Positions 12,850 through 27,119 of a stretch of DNA of 64,000 nt are shown one piece after another. The position numbers and the translations under genes were made by a program. Under the pieces are notes generated by a model. The model did no database searches and was not told the DNA's origin. It saw only the letters and a program-made list of their open reading frames with translations. The number at the start of each line of letters is the position of its first letter. The stretch's first letter is position 1. Source of the stretch: the human T2T-CHM13v2.0 reference genome, Homo sapiens. The stretch lies in NCBI RefSeq assembly GCF_009914755.1, contig NC_060927.1. The stretch is one strand, 5' to 3'.

Positions 12850-15800
12850 GGGACGTGGGGCTGAAGACCTGGAGAGGAGGTGGTGCTACCGCTGTTCAAA
12901 TCTGAGGGTGGTGGAGATGGAGCCTTGGGGAGGAGCAGGTGCTGCCTTTTAAGTCTATGAGAGTCGTTGAGCTGGAGGTCCAGGGAGGAGCCGGTGCTCC
13001 CACTGATGTCTTAGGTTGTGGAGCTGAAGACAACGAAGGAGCCAGTGTGGCTGTTCTGTGAGACTCGTGGAGCTGGAGATCCAGGTGGGAGAGGTGTTTT
13101 AGCTCGGGGAAGAGCTGATGTTCTACCTTGAGGGTCCTGCAGCTGCAGACCCGGGGAGGAGCTGATGTTCTAGTTTGAGTGTCATGCAGCTGCAGACCCG
13201 GAGAGGAGCTGATGTTCTAGATTGAGGGTCATGCACCTGCAGACCCGGGGAGGAGCTGATGTTCTAGATTGAGGGTCGTGCAGCTGCAGACTCGGGGAGG
13301 AGCTGATGTTCTAGATTGAGTGTCATGCACCTGCAGACCCGGGGAGGAACTGATGTTCTAGATTGAGGGTCGTGCAGCTGCAGACCCGGGGAGGAGCTGA
13401 TGTTCTAGTTTGAGGGTCTTGCAGCTGCAGACATGGGGAGGAGCTGATGTTCTAGTTTGAGGGTCATGCACCTGCAGACCCGGGGAGGAGCTGATGTTCT
13501 AGTTTGAGGGTCTTGCACCTGCAGACCGGGGAGGAGCTGATGTTCTAGATTGAGGGTCGTGCAGCTGCAGACCCGGGGAGGAACTGATGTTCTAGATTGA
13601 GGGTCATGCAGCTGCAGACCCGGGGAGGAGCTGATGTTCTAGATTGAGGGTCATGCAGCTGCAGACCTGGGGAGGAGCTGATGTTCTAGTTTGAGGGTCG
13701 TGCAGCTGCAGACCTGGAGAGGAGCTGATATTCTAGTTTGAGGGTCATGCAGCTGCAGACCCGGGGAGGAGCTGATGTTCTAGATTGAGTGTCATGCACC
13801 TGCAGACCCGGGGAGGAGCTGATGTTCTAGATTGAGGGTCGTGCAGCTGCAGACCCGGGGAGGAGCTGATGTTCTAGATTGAGTGTCATGCACCTGCAGA
13901 CCCGGGGAGGAGCTGATGTTCTAGATTGAGGGTCGTGCAGCTGCAGACCCGGGGAGGAGCTGATGTTCTAGATTGAGGGTCATGCAGCTGCAGACCTGGG
14001 GAGGAGCTGGTGTTCTAGTTTGAGGGTCGTGCAGCTGCAGACCTGTAGAGGAGCTGATGTTCTAGTTTGAGGGTCTTGCAGCTGCAGACCTGGGGAGGAG
14101 CTGATGTTCTAGTTTGAGGGTCATGCACCTGCAGACCCGGGGAGGAGCTGATGTTCTAGTTTGAGGGTCTTGCAGCTGCAGACCTGGAGAGGAGCTGATG
14201 TTCTAGTTTGAGGGTCTTGCAGCTGAAGACCTGGAGAGGAGCTGATGTTCTAGTTTGAGGGTCTTGCAGCTGAAGACTTGGGGAGGAGCTGATGTTGTTC
14301 GCGTTGAGGGTCTTTCAGTTGGAGACTCAGGGAGGAGCTGATGTTCTAGAATTAGGGTGATAGAACTGGAGACCTGGAGAGAAGGTAATGTTCTAGTTTT
14401 AGGTTCTTGCAGCTGCAGACCTGGAGAGGAGCTGATGTTCTAGATTGAGGGTCGTGCACCTGCAGACCCGGGGAGGAGCTGATGTTCTAGTTTGAGGGTC
14501 TCCCAGCTGCAGACCTGGAGAGGAGCTGATGTTCTAGATTGAGGGTCTTGCAGCTGCAGACCCGGGGAGGAGCTGATGTTCTAGATTGAGGGTCATGCAG
14601 CTGCAGACCTGGAGAGGAGCTTATGTTCTAGTTTGAGGGTCGTGAGCTGCAGACCCGGGGAGGAGCTGATGTTCTAGTTTGAGTGTCGTGCAGCTGCAGA
14701 CCTGGAGAGGAGCTGATGTTCTAGTTTGAGGGTCGTGCAGCTGCAGACCCAGGGAGGAACTGATGTTCTAGTTTGAGGGTCATGCACCTGCAGACCCGGG
14801 GAGGAGCTGATGTTCTAGTTTGAGGGTCTTGCAGCTGAAGACTTGGGGAGGAGCTGATGTTGTTCGCGTTGAGGGTCTTTCAGTTGGAGACTCAGGGAGG
14901 AGCTGATGTTCTAGAATTAGGGTGATAGAACTGGAGCCCTGGAGAGAAGGTAATGTTCTAGTTTAAGGTTCTTGCAGCTGCAGACCTGGAGAGGAGCTGA
15001 TGTTCTAGATTGAGGGTCATGCAGCTGAAGACTCGGGGAGGAGCTGATGTTCTAGTTTGAGGATCTTGCAGCTGCAGACCTGTAGAGGAGCTGATGTTCT
15101 AGATTGAGGGTCGTGCAGCTGAAGACTTGGGGAGGAGCTTTAGTTGTTCGTGTTGAGGGTCTTTCAGTTGGAGACTCAGGGAGGAGCTGATGTTCTAGAT
15201 TTAGGGTCACGGAACTGGAGACCTGGACAGAAGTTGATGTTCTAGTTTGAGTGTCTAGCAGCTGCAGATCCGGAGAGGAGCTGATGTTGTAGTTTGAGGG
15301 TCTTGCAACTGCAGACCTGTAGAGGAGCTGATGTTCTAGATTGAGGGTCGTGCAGCTGCAGACCTGGAGAGGAGATGATGTTCTAGATTGAGGGTCGTGC
15401 ACCTGCAGACCCGGGGAGGAGCTGATGTTCTAGTTTGAAGGTCTCCCAGCTGCAGACCTGGAGAGGAGCTGATGTTCTAGATTGAGGGTCATGCACCTGC
15501 AGACCCGGAGAGGAGCTGATGTTCTAGATTGAGGGTCGTGCAGCTGCAGACCCGGAGGGGAGCTGATGTTCTAGATTGAGGGTCATGCACCTGCAGACCC
15601 GGGGAGGAGCTGATGTTCTAGTTTGAGGGTCGTGCAGCTGCAGACCCGGGGAGGAGCTGATTTTCTAGTTTGAGGGTCTTGCAGCTGAAGACCTGGAGAG
15701 GAGCTGATGTTCTAGTTTGAGGGTCTTGCAGCTGAAGACTTGGGGAGGAGCTGATGTTGTTCGCGTTGAGGGTCTTTCAGTTGGAGACTCAGGGAGGAGC

Positions 15801-18800
15801 TGATGTTCTAGAATTAGGGTGATAGAACTGGAGCCCTGGAGAGAAGGTAATGTTCTAGTTTTAGGTTCTTGCAGCTGCAGACCCGGAGAGGAGCTGATGT
15901 TCTAGATTGAGGGTCATGCAGCTGAAGACTCGGGGAGGAGCTGATGTTCTAGTTTGAGGATCTTGCAGCTGCAGACCTGTAGAGGAGCTGATGTTCTAGA
16001 TTGAGGGTCGTGCAGCTGAAGACTTGGGGAGGAGCTTTAGTTGTTCGTGTTGAGGGTCTTTCAGTTGGAGACTCAGGGAGGAGCTGATGTTCTAGATTTA
16101 GGGTCACGGAACTGGAGACCTAGACAGAAGTTGATGTTGTAGTTTGAGTGTCTAGCAGCTGCAGATCCGGAGAGGAGCTGATGTTGTAGTTTGAGGGTCT
16201 TGCAACTGCAGACCTGTAGAGGAGCTGATGTTCTAGATTGAGGGTCGTGCAGCTGCAGACCTGGAGAGGAGCTGATGTTCTAGATTGAGGGTCCTGCAGC
16301 TGAAGACTCGGGGTGGAGCTGATGTTGTAGTTTGAGGGTCATGCAGTTGAGGACTTCGGGAGGAGCTGATGTTGTTCACGTTGAGGGTCTTTCAGCTGGA
16401 GACTCAGGGAGGAGCTGACAATCTTGACTGAGGTTCATGGAGCTGGAGACTCGGACAGGAGCTGATGTTCTAGCTAGTGGATCTTCCAGCTGCAGACCAA
16501 GAGAGGAGCTGATGTTCTAATTTTAGGTTCTTGCAGCTGCAGACCTGGAGAGGAGCTGATGTTCTAGATAGAGGGTCATGCAGCTGAAGACTCGGGGAGG
16601 AGCTGATGTTGTAGTTTGAGGGTCATGCAGTTGAGGACTTTGGGAGGAGCTGATGTTGTTCGTGTTGAGGGTCTTTCAGCTGGGGACTCAGGGAGGAGCT
16701 GTTAATCTTGATTAAGGGTCATGGAGCTGGAGACCCAGACAGGAGCTGATGTTCTAGTTAGTGGATCTTCCAGCTACAGAGTCAGAGAGGAGCTGATGTT
16801 CTAGATTGAGGGTCATGCAGCTGAATACTCGGGGAGGAGCTGATGTTGTAGTTTGAGGGTCATGCAGTTGAGGACTTCGGGAGGAGCTGATGTTGTTCAC
16901 GTTGAGGGTCTTTCAGCTGGGGACTCAGAGAGGAGCTGATATTCTTGATTGAGGGTCATGGAGCTGGAGACCTAGACAGGAGTTGATGTTCTAGTTAGTG
17001 GATCTTCCAGCTGCAGACCCAGGGAGGAGCTGATGTTCTAGTTTGAGGGTCGTGCAGCTGAAGACCCGGGGAGGAGCTGATGTTCTAGATTGAGGGTCGT
17101 GGAGCTGCAGACCCGGAGAGGAGCTGATGTTCTAGTTTGAGGGTCGTGCAGCTGGAGACCTGGAGAGGAGCTGATGTTCTAGTTTGAGGTTCTTGCAGCT
17201 GCAGACCTGGAGAGGAGCTGATGTTCTAGATTAAGGGTCGTGCAGCTGCACACTTGGAGAGGAGCTGATGTTCTAGATTGATGGTCTTGCAGCTGCAGAC
17301 CTGGAGAGGAGCTGATGTTCTAGTTTGAGGATCTTGCAGCTGCAGACCCGGAGAGGAGCTGATGTTCTACTTTGAGGGTCGTGCAGCTGGAGACCTGGAG
17401 AGGAGCTGATGTTCTAGTTTGAGGGTCATGCAGGTGAAGACTCGGGGAGGAGCTGATGTTCTAGTTTGAGGGTCTTGCAGCTGCAGACCTGGAGAGGAGC
17501 TGATGTTCTAGGTTGAGGGTCGTGCAGCTGAAGACTCGGGGAGGAGCTGATGTTCCAGTTTGAGGGTCTTGCAGCTGCAGACCTGGAGAGGAGCTGATGT
17601 TCTAGATTGAGGGTCGTGCAGCTGAAGACTCGGGGAGGAGCTGATGTTCTAGATTAAGGGTCATGCAGCTGAAGACTCAGGGAGGAGCTGAGGTTCTAGT
17701 TTGAGGGTCGTGCAGCTGAAGACTCGGGAGGAGCTGAGATTCTAGTTTGAGGGTCGTGCAGCAGAAGACTCAGGGAGGAGCTGATGTTCTAGATTGAGGG
17801 CCCTACAGCTGCAGACCTGAAGAGGAGCTGATGTTCGAGATTGAGGGTCGTGCAGCTGAATACTCGGAGAGGAGCTGATGTTATAGTTTGAGGGCCCTAC
17901 AGCTGAAGACCCGGAGAGTATCTGATCTTCGAGATTGAGGGTCATGCAGCTGAAGACTCCGGGAGGAGCTGAGTTGCTAATTTGAGGGTCTTGCAGCTGC
18001 TGACTTGGGGAGGAGCTGATGTTGTAGTTTGAGGGCCCTACAGTTGGGAATCTGTACAGGAGCTGATGTTCTAGTTTGAGGGTCATGCAGGTGAAGACTC
18101 GGGGAGGAGCTGATATTCTAGTTTGAGGGCCCTGCAGCTAGAGATGCAGACAGGAGCTGATGTTGTAGTTTGAGGGTCGTACAGCTGAAGATTCAGGGAG
18201 GAGCTGCTCGTGTATTTTTAGGGTCATGCAGCTGCAGACCCGGAGAGGAGCTGATGTTAAAGATTGAGGGTCATGCAGCTGAAGACTCAGGGAGGAGCTG
18301 ATGTTGTTCGTTTTGAGGGTGTTTCAGCTGGAGACTCAGGGAGGAGCTGATGTTCTAGATTGAGGGTCTTGCAGCTGCAGACCTGTAGAGGAACTGATGT
18401 TCTATATTGAGGGTCACGCAGCTGAAGACTTGGGGAGAAGCTGATGTTCTAACTTGAGGGTCGTGCAGCTGAGGACTCGGGGAGGAGCTGATGTTGACAG
18501 CTGTGCAGCTGGAGATCCGGCGGGGAGCTGATGTTCCGGTTTGAGGGCCGGGGAGCTGATGTTCCGGTTTGATGGCTGTGCACCTGGAGACCCAGGGAGG
18601 AACATCAAACTGGAACATCTGCTCCCCGCAGTGCCTCCAGCTGCATGGCTCCCAAACTGGAACATCGGTTCCCACCCGGGTCTCCAGCTGCACGGCCCTC
18701 AAACTGCAACATCGGCTACCCCCGAGTCTCCAGCTGCATGGCCCTCAAACTGGAACATCAGCTCCCCACCGGGTCTCCAGCTTCACGGCCCTCAAACTGG

Positions 18801-21105
18801 AACTTCAGCTCCCCACCGGGTATCCAGCTGCTTGGCCCTCAAACTGGAAGTTCAGCTCCCTACCGGGTCTCCAGCTGCATGGCCCTCAGACTGGAACATC
18901 AGCTCCCCACCGGGTCTCCAGCTTCACGGCCCTCAGACTGGAACTTCAGCTCCCCAACGGGTCTCTAGCTTCACGACCCTCAAACTGGAACTTCAGCTCC
19001 CCACCGGGTATCCAGCTGCATGGCCCTCAAACTGGAAGTTCAGCTCCCCACTGGGTCTCCAGCTGCACGGCCCTCAGACTGGAACATCAGCTCCCCGCCG
19101 GGTCTCCAGCTGCACGGCCCTCAAACTGGAATAGTTTGAACTCAGCGGGGAGCTGATGTTCCAGTTTGAGGGCTGTGCAGCTGGAGACCCGGCAGGGAGC
19201 TGATGTTCCGGTTGTAGGGCTGTGCAGCCGGAGACCCAGGGGGAAGCTGATGTTCCAGTTGTAGGGCCGTGCTACTGGAGACCCAGGGGTGGAGCTGATG
19301 TTCCAGTTTGAGGGCCATGCAGTTGATGACCCGGCGGGGAGCTGATGTTCAAGTTTGAGGTCTGTGCAGCTGGAGACCCGCGGGGGAGCTGATGTTCCAG
19401 TTTGATGGCCATGCAGCTGGAGGCTCTGATGGGAGCTGATGTTGCAATTTGAGGGCCATGCAGCTGGAGACCTGGCGGGGAGGTGATGTTCCAGTTTGAG
19501 GGCCATGCAGCTGGTGACCTGGCAGGGAGCTGATGTTCCAGTTTGAGGACCGTGCTCCTGGAGACCTAGCGGGGAGCTGATGTTCCAATTTGAGGGCCGT
19601 GCAGCTGGAGACCCGGCGGGGAACTGATGTTCCAGTTTGAGGGCCGTGCATCTGGAGACCTGGGCAGGGAGCTGATGTTCCAGTTTAAGGCCATGCAGCT
19701 GTATACCCGGGGGGAACTGATGTTGCAGTTTGAGGGCCGTGCATCTGGAGACCCGGTGGGGAGCCAGTGTTGCAGGTTGAGGGCCGTGCAGCTGGAGACC
19801 CTGTGGGGAGCTGATGTTCCTGTTTGAGAGCCGTGCAGCTGGAGACCCTGTGGGGAGCTGATGTTCCTGTTTGAGAGCCGTGCAGCTGGAGATCTGGTGG
19901 GGAGCTGATGTTCCAGTATGAGGGCCGTGCAGCTGGAGACCTGATGGGGAGCTGATGTTCCAGTTTGAGGGCCGTGCAGCTGGATGCCCGGCAGGGAGCT
20001 GATGTTCCAGTTTGAGGGCCGTGCACCTGGAGACCCGGCAGGGAGCTGATGTTCCAGTTTGAGGGCTGTGCAGCTGGATACCGGGGGTGGAGCTGATGTT
20101 CCAGTTTGAGGGCCATGCATCTGGAGACCCAGTGGGTAGCCAGTGTTGAGGTTGAGGGCTGTGGAGTTGGAGACCCGGGTTGGGGGGAGCTGATGTTCCA
20201 GGTTGAGGGCCATGCTGCTGGAGACCCAGCGGGGAGCTGATGTTGCAGTTTGAGGCGGTGCAGCTGGACCTGCAGGGGGGAAGTGATGTTGCAATTTGAG
20301 GGCTGTGCAGCTGGAGACCCTGTGGGGAGCTGATGTTCCTGTTTGAGGGTCTCGGAGCTGATGTTCCAGTTTAAGGCCATGCAGCTGGAGACCCGGTGGG
20401 GAGCTGATGTTCCAGTTTGAGGGCCATGCATCTGGAGACCCGGTGGGGAGCTGATGTTGCAGGTTGAGGGCCGTTCATCTGGAGACCCAGTGGGGAGCTG
20501 ATGTTGCAGGTTGAGGGCTGTGCACCTGGAGCCCCGGGGTGGAGCTGATATTCCAGTTTGAGGGCCGTGCAGCTGGCGATCTGGTGGGGAGCTGATGTTC
20601 CAGTTTGAGGGCCATGCAGCTGGAGACCCGGCAGGGAGCTCATGTTCCAGTTTGCAGGCAGTGCAGCTGGAGACCCGGCGGGGAGCTGATGTTCCAGTTT
20701 GAGGTCCGTGCAGCTGGAGATCTGGTGGGGAGCTGATGTTCCAGTTTGAGGGCCCTGCAGCTGGAGACCCGTGGGGATCTGATGTTCCAGTTTGAGGGTG
20801 GTGCTGCTGGCGACCCAGGCGGGAGCTGATGTTCTAGTTTTAGGGACCTACAGCTGGAGACCCGGGGAGGAGCTGACGTTCCCTTTCGAGGGCTGTGCAG
20901 GTGGAGACCTGGGGAGGAACTGATGTTGTTCTAATTTGAGTGTGGTGCAGCTGGAGATCCAGGGATGAGATGGCCCTGCGGTTCAAATATGAGGGTCCCG
21001 GAGCTGGACTCTACGTGAGGAACCAATGCTGCGTCTGATGTCTTAGGTTGTGGAGCTGGAAACTCGCGGAGGAGCTGGTATTGGTGTTTCTAGTTGAGGG
21101 TCGTG
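12850..21105 (+). repeat. 47-bp tandem array, ~165 units in the core 13100-20950, degenerate units on both flanks
   Basis: Unit tgagggtcgtgcagctgcagacccggggaggagctgatgttctagat; period 47 measured from 13551 to 13598. Confidence 0.97.
18599..19131 (-). repeat. Inverted block of ~11 units inside the 47-bp array
   Basis: Units read ggccctcaaactggaacatcagctcccc, the reverse complement of the flanking ggggagctgatgttccagtttgagggcc. Confidence 0.96.
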
Positions 21106-21119
21106 GTATTTCCAGGGTT

Positions 21120-21562
21120 TCACAAAGGCCAGATTTTATTTCAGTTACTCAGAAGAGAAAGAAAATGTCTTCTGAAAGAGGTGAACTCAGTCATTACCAA
21201 TAGAAAAAGTATCCACTGTATTTATCTCTTATACAAACAGAAAAATATAACATTTTCCCCCTTAGAATATATATGTATATATATAAAACTTAAGGTTCTA
21301 TTGTATGTATCCGAACAATAAAATCTGGAAACCAGCATGAAACTCTATTATTCACATGTTAAAATGTTGAAACTATGACCAAAATATGAAAACTGCTGGA
21401 GCTATCAGAAAGACACAAGACAAAAAGCTTCTTGCATATGTATAAACTAAATGTGATAATCTCAAAAAACTGTTCAAAATTATAATTACTTTCCAGTTTA
21501 AAAACTTTAATCCTAAATTAAAAAAAAAAATCTATACACAAACCACTGATTTGCCCAGACCA

Positions 21563-21618
<56 letters not shown>

Positions 21619-23547
21619 AAAAGAAATCAGCGGTAAGGTAAGCAGGACCCAGAGGAGCTGATATTCACAGTTCTTACATGGACAACTCTTTCAGGAATTA
21701 TCCATAAAGTACTTTATTTTACAACCTGCTTTTCTTGTAAAACTAAAGGTGCACTTTTTTACATAAAAGTTTTATACAGTGTTAAAACCAGAACTGTGTG
21801 TAAAATACTGCATGTAAATGTTTCTAAATAGTCTTGTTCCAGTGGTTCATCGGTGACTTCTGTGGCTTCGTCATCATTATCCATGGATGATTCTGAAAGA
21901 ATCTCTCCAGTTTTACTGGAATTGGATCCTACTAATTCTTCTGTTTCACGGCAGTCAGAAGAACCACTACTTTCAGGGCCTTCGTTTTCACTACCTTCAG
22001 AATGTAGTAAATCTTTCTCAGCTTGAGACACATCAGATTCCTCCATTTCATTATTTTCCTCAGAAGTCTCTTCATTCACAGTTGAGGCATCATCAGATTC
22101 TTTTTCTTGGTTTTTTCTTTCTGGGACCATTTCTCTTGATGTCATAAAAGACTCTAAAACTAAGCAAATGTTGTTGTACTTAAATTTTATTTTCAAAATA
22201 CCTCCACAGTTAAGTTTCGTGAATTCTGATGTTCTGTAGTTCAAATCACATCCCCTGAAATTCAGCAGCAACTGCATACAGGTGGGAGAAAAGCCCAGCG
22301 TCGACATTACAAGGAGTTCCATAATATACAATTCTTTCACGAAAACAATGAATGCAAGAATTTGAGGATCTCCTTACTCCTCCCTTTTACAGATGGTCTC
22401 TCAATCCCTTCTTCTTCCTCTTCATCTTCTTCTTCTTCTGAACGCGCTGCCGGGTACCACGGCTTTCTTTGTCTTTATCATGAGATGAAGGTGATGCTTC
22501 TGTTTCTTCTACCATAACTGAAGAAATTTCGCTGCAAGTCTCTTGACTGGCTGTTTCTCCGACTTCGCCTTTTTGTCAAACCTGAGTCTTTTTACCTCAT
22601 ACCCCTCAGCTTCCACAGCATCTTCATCTGGATGTTTATTTCTCAAAGGGCTCACTGAGGAAACTTCTGATTCAGATGTCGAAGAGTCACTGTGAGTTTT
22701 CTCTTCATTTTGCTGCAAATTTGCCTCTTTGCTGTCTGTGCTCTCAGGCCACCCATTTGTTGTCATGGGGGCTGACAGAGAAACCTTTGGTCGGTTACGT
22801 GGCCTGGGTGTCCCAGGCCCATTTATATTAGACCTCTCAGTATAGCTTGGTGCATTTCCAGGAAACATCACACCATTCATTCGATTTAAACTATTGGAAT
22901 TGTTTTTCTCTGAAGAAGGATAAACACAGCTAACAACCATCAAGTTCTTTTCTACTCCTCTGAGAAATTTGTCTGTTCCTGTATAGTTTCTCCTTGGATC
23001 TGTTAACAATTCACATAATCGCTGAATAGTAAAAGGGATACGGTTAAATCCAGTGACAGTTTTCAGTATTCTTCCCTTTGTTGCATCAAAGGGAATATAT
23101 TCGACATTAGGGTTGGGAGGACCTCTTGGCGCAGGAGCTGAAGTTCTGAAATCATCCATCACTTTCTCCAGTTTGAAAATAAAATAGCCTTTAAATTGAG
23201 ACCACGGAATCTGTTTCTCCAGTCTTGGCTACATGACAAAGGAGCTGATCCACGACAGGACAGACTTTCTTTTTCGCCTCTTCTCAAAATCTTCCAGTGC
23301 CTCCTGGAGCCTGTCGACGTCCATGGCTTCCCGGAGTCCCTCACAGCCTCCGCCTCCCTCCGCGGGTCTCTTGGGGACCGGAACGCCTCCCCCCACCCCC
23401 CGACGTCCTCCCACTCCCTCGCACACCCTCCAGCACGCAGGCCAAGTGGGGTGGGGGGGAACGAAGGGAGCCGGGGAAGCGTGTGAGAGAGTGAGACCGA
23501 CAGAGTGAGCACCTCCCCAAGCCGCTACCACCAGCCCTCCAACATGG
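21120..23547 (-). pseudogene. PPP4R2: Processed PPP4R2 pseudogene with 5'UTR, frameshifted CDS and 3'UTR
   Basis: [16 protein letters not shown] (ATG at 23324), [58 protein letters not shown]. Exons are contiguous, there are several frameshifts, and the stop is lost. Minus-strand AATAAA near 21135-21141. Ends are approximate. Confidence 0.95.
21562..21625 (+). repeat. (GAAA)n microsatellite in the retrocopy 3'UTR
   Basis: About 14 consecutive aaag units. Confidence 0.95.
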
Positions 23548-24794
23548 CGCCTGGCACATCACCCTAAAAAGTCATTTCTTGGAGAAGCGATGGATGACAG
23601 AGATTAATCTGAGAGTTACTATTAATGGAGAAACTTAGAACTTACCATTTTTCCTGTGAGGTTTCGGTGCTGATACTTCTATTCTGTGAGTTCTGGCAAT
23701 TGTGTCCGTTCACCCAGCCTGGTGATGCAGCAGGTGTCACAGAAGGACCCTGTCCCAGCTGGTCCTGCTCCACTGCTAGGATGGTGTGGCCTCTGATCTG
23801 TGACCGTGTCTTGAGGGGAGACCAGGCCCTTGATCACAAGCGTATCCATGGTGAGGTTCCGTGGATGGAAGCTCATGGATGTTCCTTCCTGATGTTCATC
23901 TGCCACCTTGCTATTGAATGCATCCTGTTTATAACTGTCTTCTAAATATTGAATAGAAATAAAGCATTTGTACAGTATGGGTAAGGTATAAAGAATATTG
24001 ACACATTGGACACAGAGGACCTCCACCAAGTTTAGGGAGGAGAATCTGAAGAGACATAGCTTTGGATGCTCCCTGGAGGCCCTGCCTGAGTCCCAGTCCC
24101 TTCCCTTCTCCTACGGAGGGAATCACTTCTTGCCTTAGTCTTTATTATTTGCACACTTTCCTTCATAGTACATTTCTTTCACCGTGTGTGTACATCCCTA
24201 AAAAATAAGCCATTTAGTTTTTGAACTTTCTGTTTTCTTTTTGAGGCAGGGTCTTGCTCTGTTGCCTCGGCTGTAGTTTTGAACTTTGATGTGAGGGAAT
24301 TCTCCTGCGTGGCTGCTCCTGCACTGCATGGCTCTGAGCACCTGCTCTGTGTCTATTTTTGTCCTCCATTCTCTCCCTGAGACCCACCCACACTGACATG
24401 GCTCATTTTCATTGCTGCATGGTCTCCTGTCGTCTGAGGGGAGCATGGGAAATGTCTTCATCTTCCCGTGGATGAGTGTTTGGCCAGGTTGGGGCCCTTA
24501 GGACTGTGTTTTGTTGGGAACGTTCTTGGGCGTTTCTTTTGTACACAAGCGCAAGTTTCTTCTGGTCAGTAGCTTTCAAGTTTTAAAATTTCATCCCAGG
24601 TAAGAAATGTAATTTTCCTCATAACCCACAACACACACTCTTTCATATACAAGCATAGCAGAAATATACTTCACAAGCGTTCTTAGCAGTGCCTGGTGTT
24701 CCTGCTTCTCTCCATTCTCCCCAACACCTGCATGGATTGGGTGGTGGGATTTTTGCCCGTCTGGTGGGTGTCACATGATATCTCCCCCTGTTAG

Positions 24795-26242
<1,448 letters not shown>

Positions 26243-26904
26243 GCTTTTTTCTTTTTCAAAAGGACTCTTTCTAGATTATACCTATTCATTCCGGTGACTA
26301 TATATGGGGCAAAGATGGGTTTGAATCCACCAGGATAAACGTGCCGGATCTCCTCTCTGATGGAAGAAGAGACAGGGATAGAAGGGTACAGAGAATCAGA
26401 GCCAAGAGGAGGCCGAGTCAGGCGGGGGTTGCAGGCTGCTGTGAGGACTTGGCTGCTTCTCTGAGTCTGGTGGGATTAGCAGGGGATTTAAACAGAGGAA
26501 ACGTGGGATCTCCCTTATGCATTTCTGCCATGGTTGGCTCAGCTGAACACACCTCTTGAGCAAGACTTGGTCTTGGACACCCAGAGGCCCTTGGTTGAGG
26601 GTTTACCTCCTGGTGTGGCCACTGACACATCCACGTTTGGCTCCCACACGGCTGGGCAGCCCCGAGACCTGCTGTGCCTGCACTTCTCATTGGTGGCATT
26701 TCTCAAGTTTGTCCCCTCTCAAGTCTGCCCCATCCGGAAAACCAAACACCTCTCTCTCCTACATGGAAACCCCCGTCAGCACCTCCTCCTGACTCACAGG
26801 GCATCCCGTCAACATCACAGTCCCAACCTTCCCACATGGAGAAGCTCATGGGACCCCCGATGGACCAGGACAGTGCCAGCACTAAGACGTGCCCTGGAAC
26901 TCAC

Positions 26905-27085
26905 AGGAAGAGCGGACCAAGAAGCCAGGAACAGCACGGGGCACTGGGAGCTGCAAATGCCCACGATACTGTGAGAGACGGAGAAAGGTATGACAGGAGG
27001 AGCAGACCAAGAAGACGGGAACAGCACGGCGCACTGGGAGCTGCAAATGCCCACGATACCGTGAGAGATGGAGAAAGGTATGGCC
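26905..27085 (+). repeat. 90-bp tandem duplication, two copies
   Basis: gcactgggagctgcaaatgcccacgatac at 26941 and 27031. Confidence 0.92.
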
Positions 27086-27119
27086 ATGGCGGTCACAAAA
27101 TGTTACACAACATTTATTA

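Noticed and set aside
13100-20950. 47-bp array as a CRISPR array or as repeat-protein genes (LKLEHQLP ORFs)
   Set aside because: Head-to-tail units with no unique spacers, primate context, no cas genes. The period is not a multiple of 3 and the ORFs simply follow the stop-poor strand, flipping with the inversion.
22509-23162. 217-aa PPP4R2-like ORF as a functional retrogene
   Set aside because: Frameshifts upstream and downstream separate it from the true start and C-terminus.
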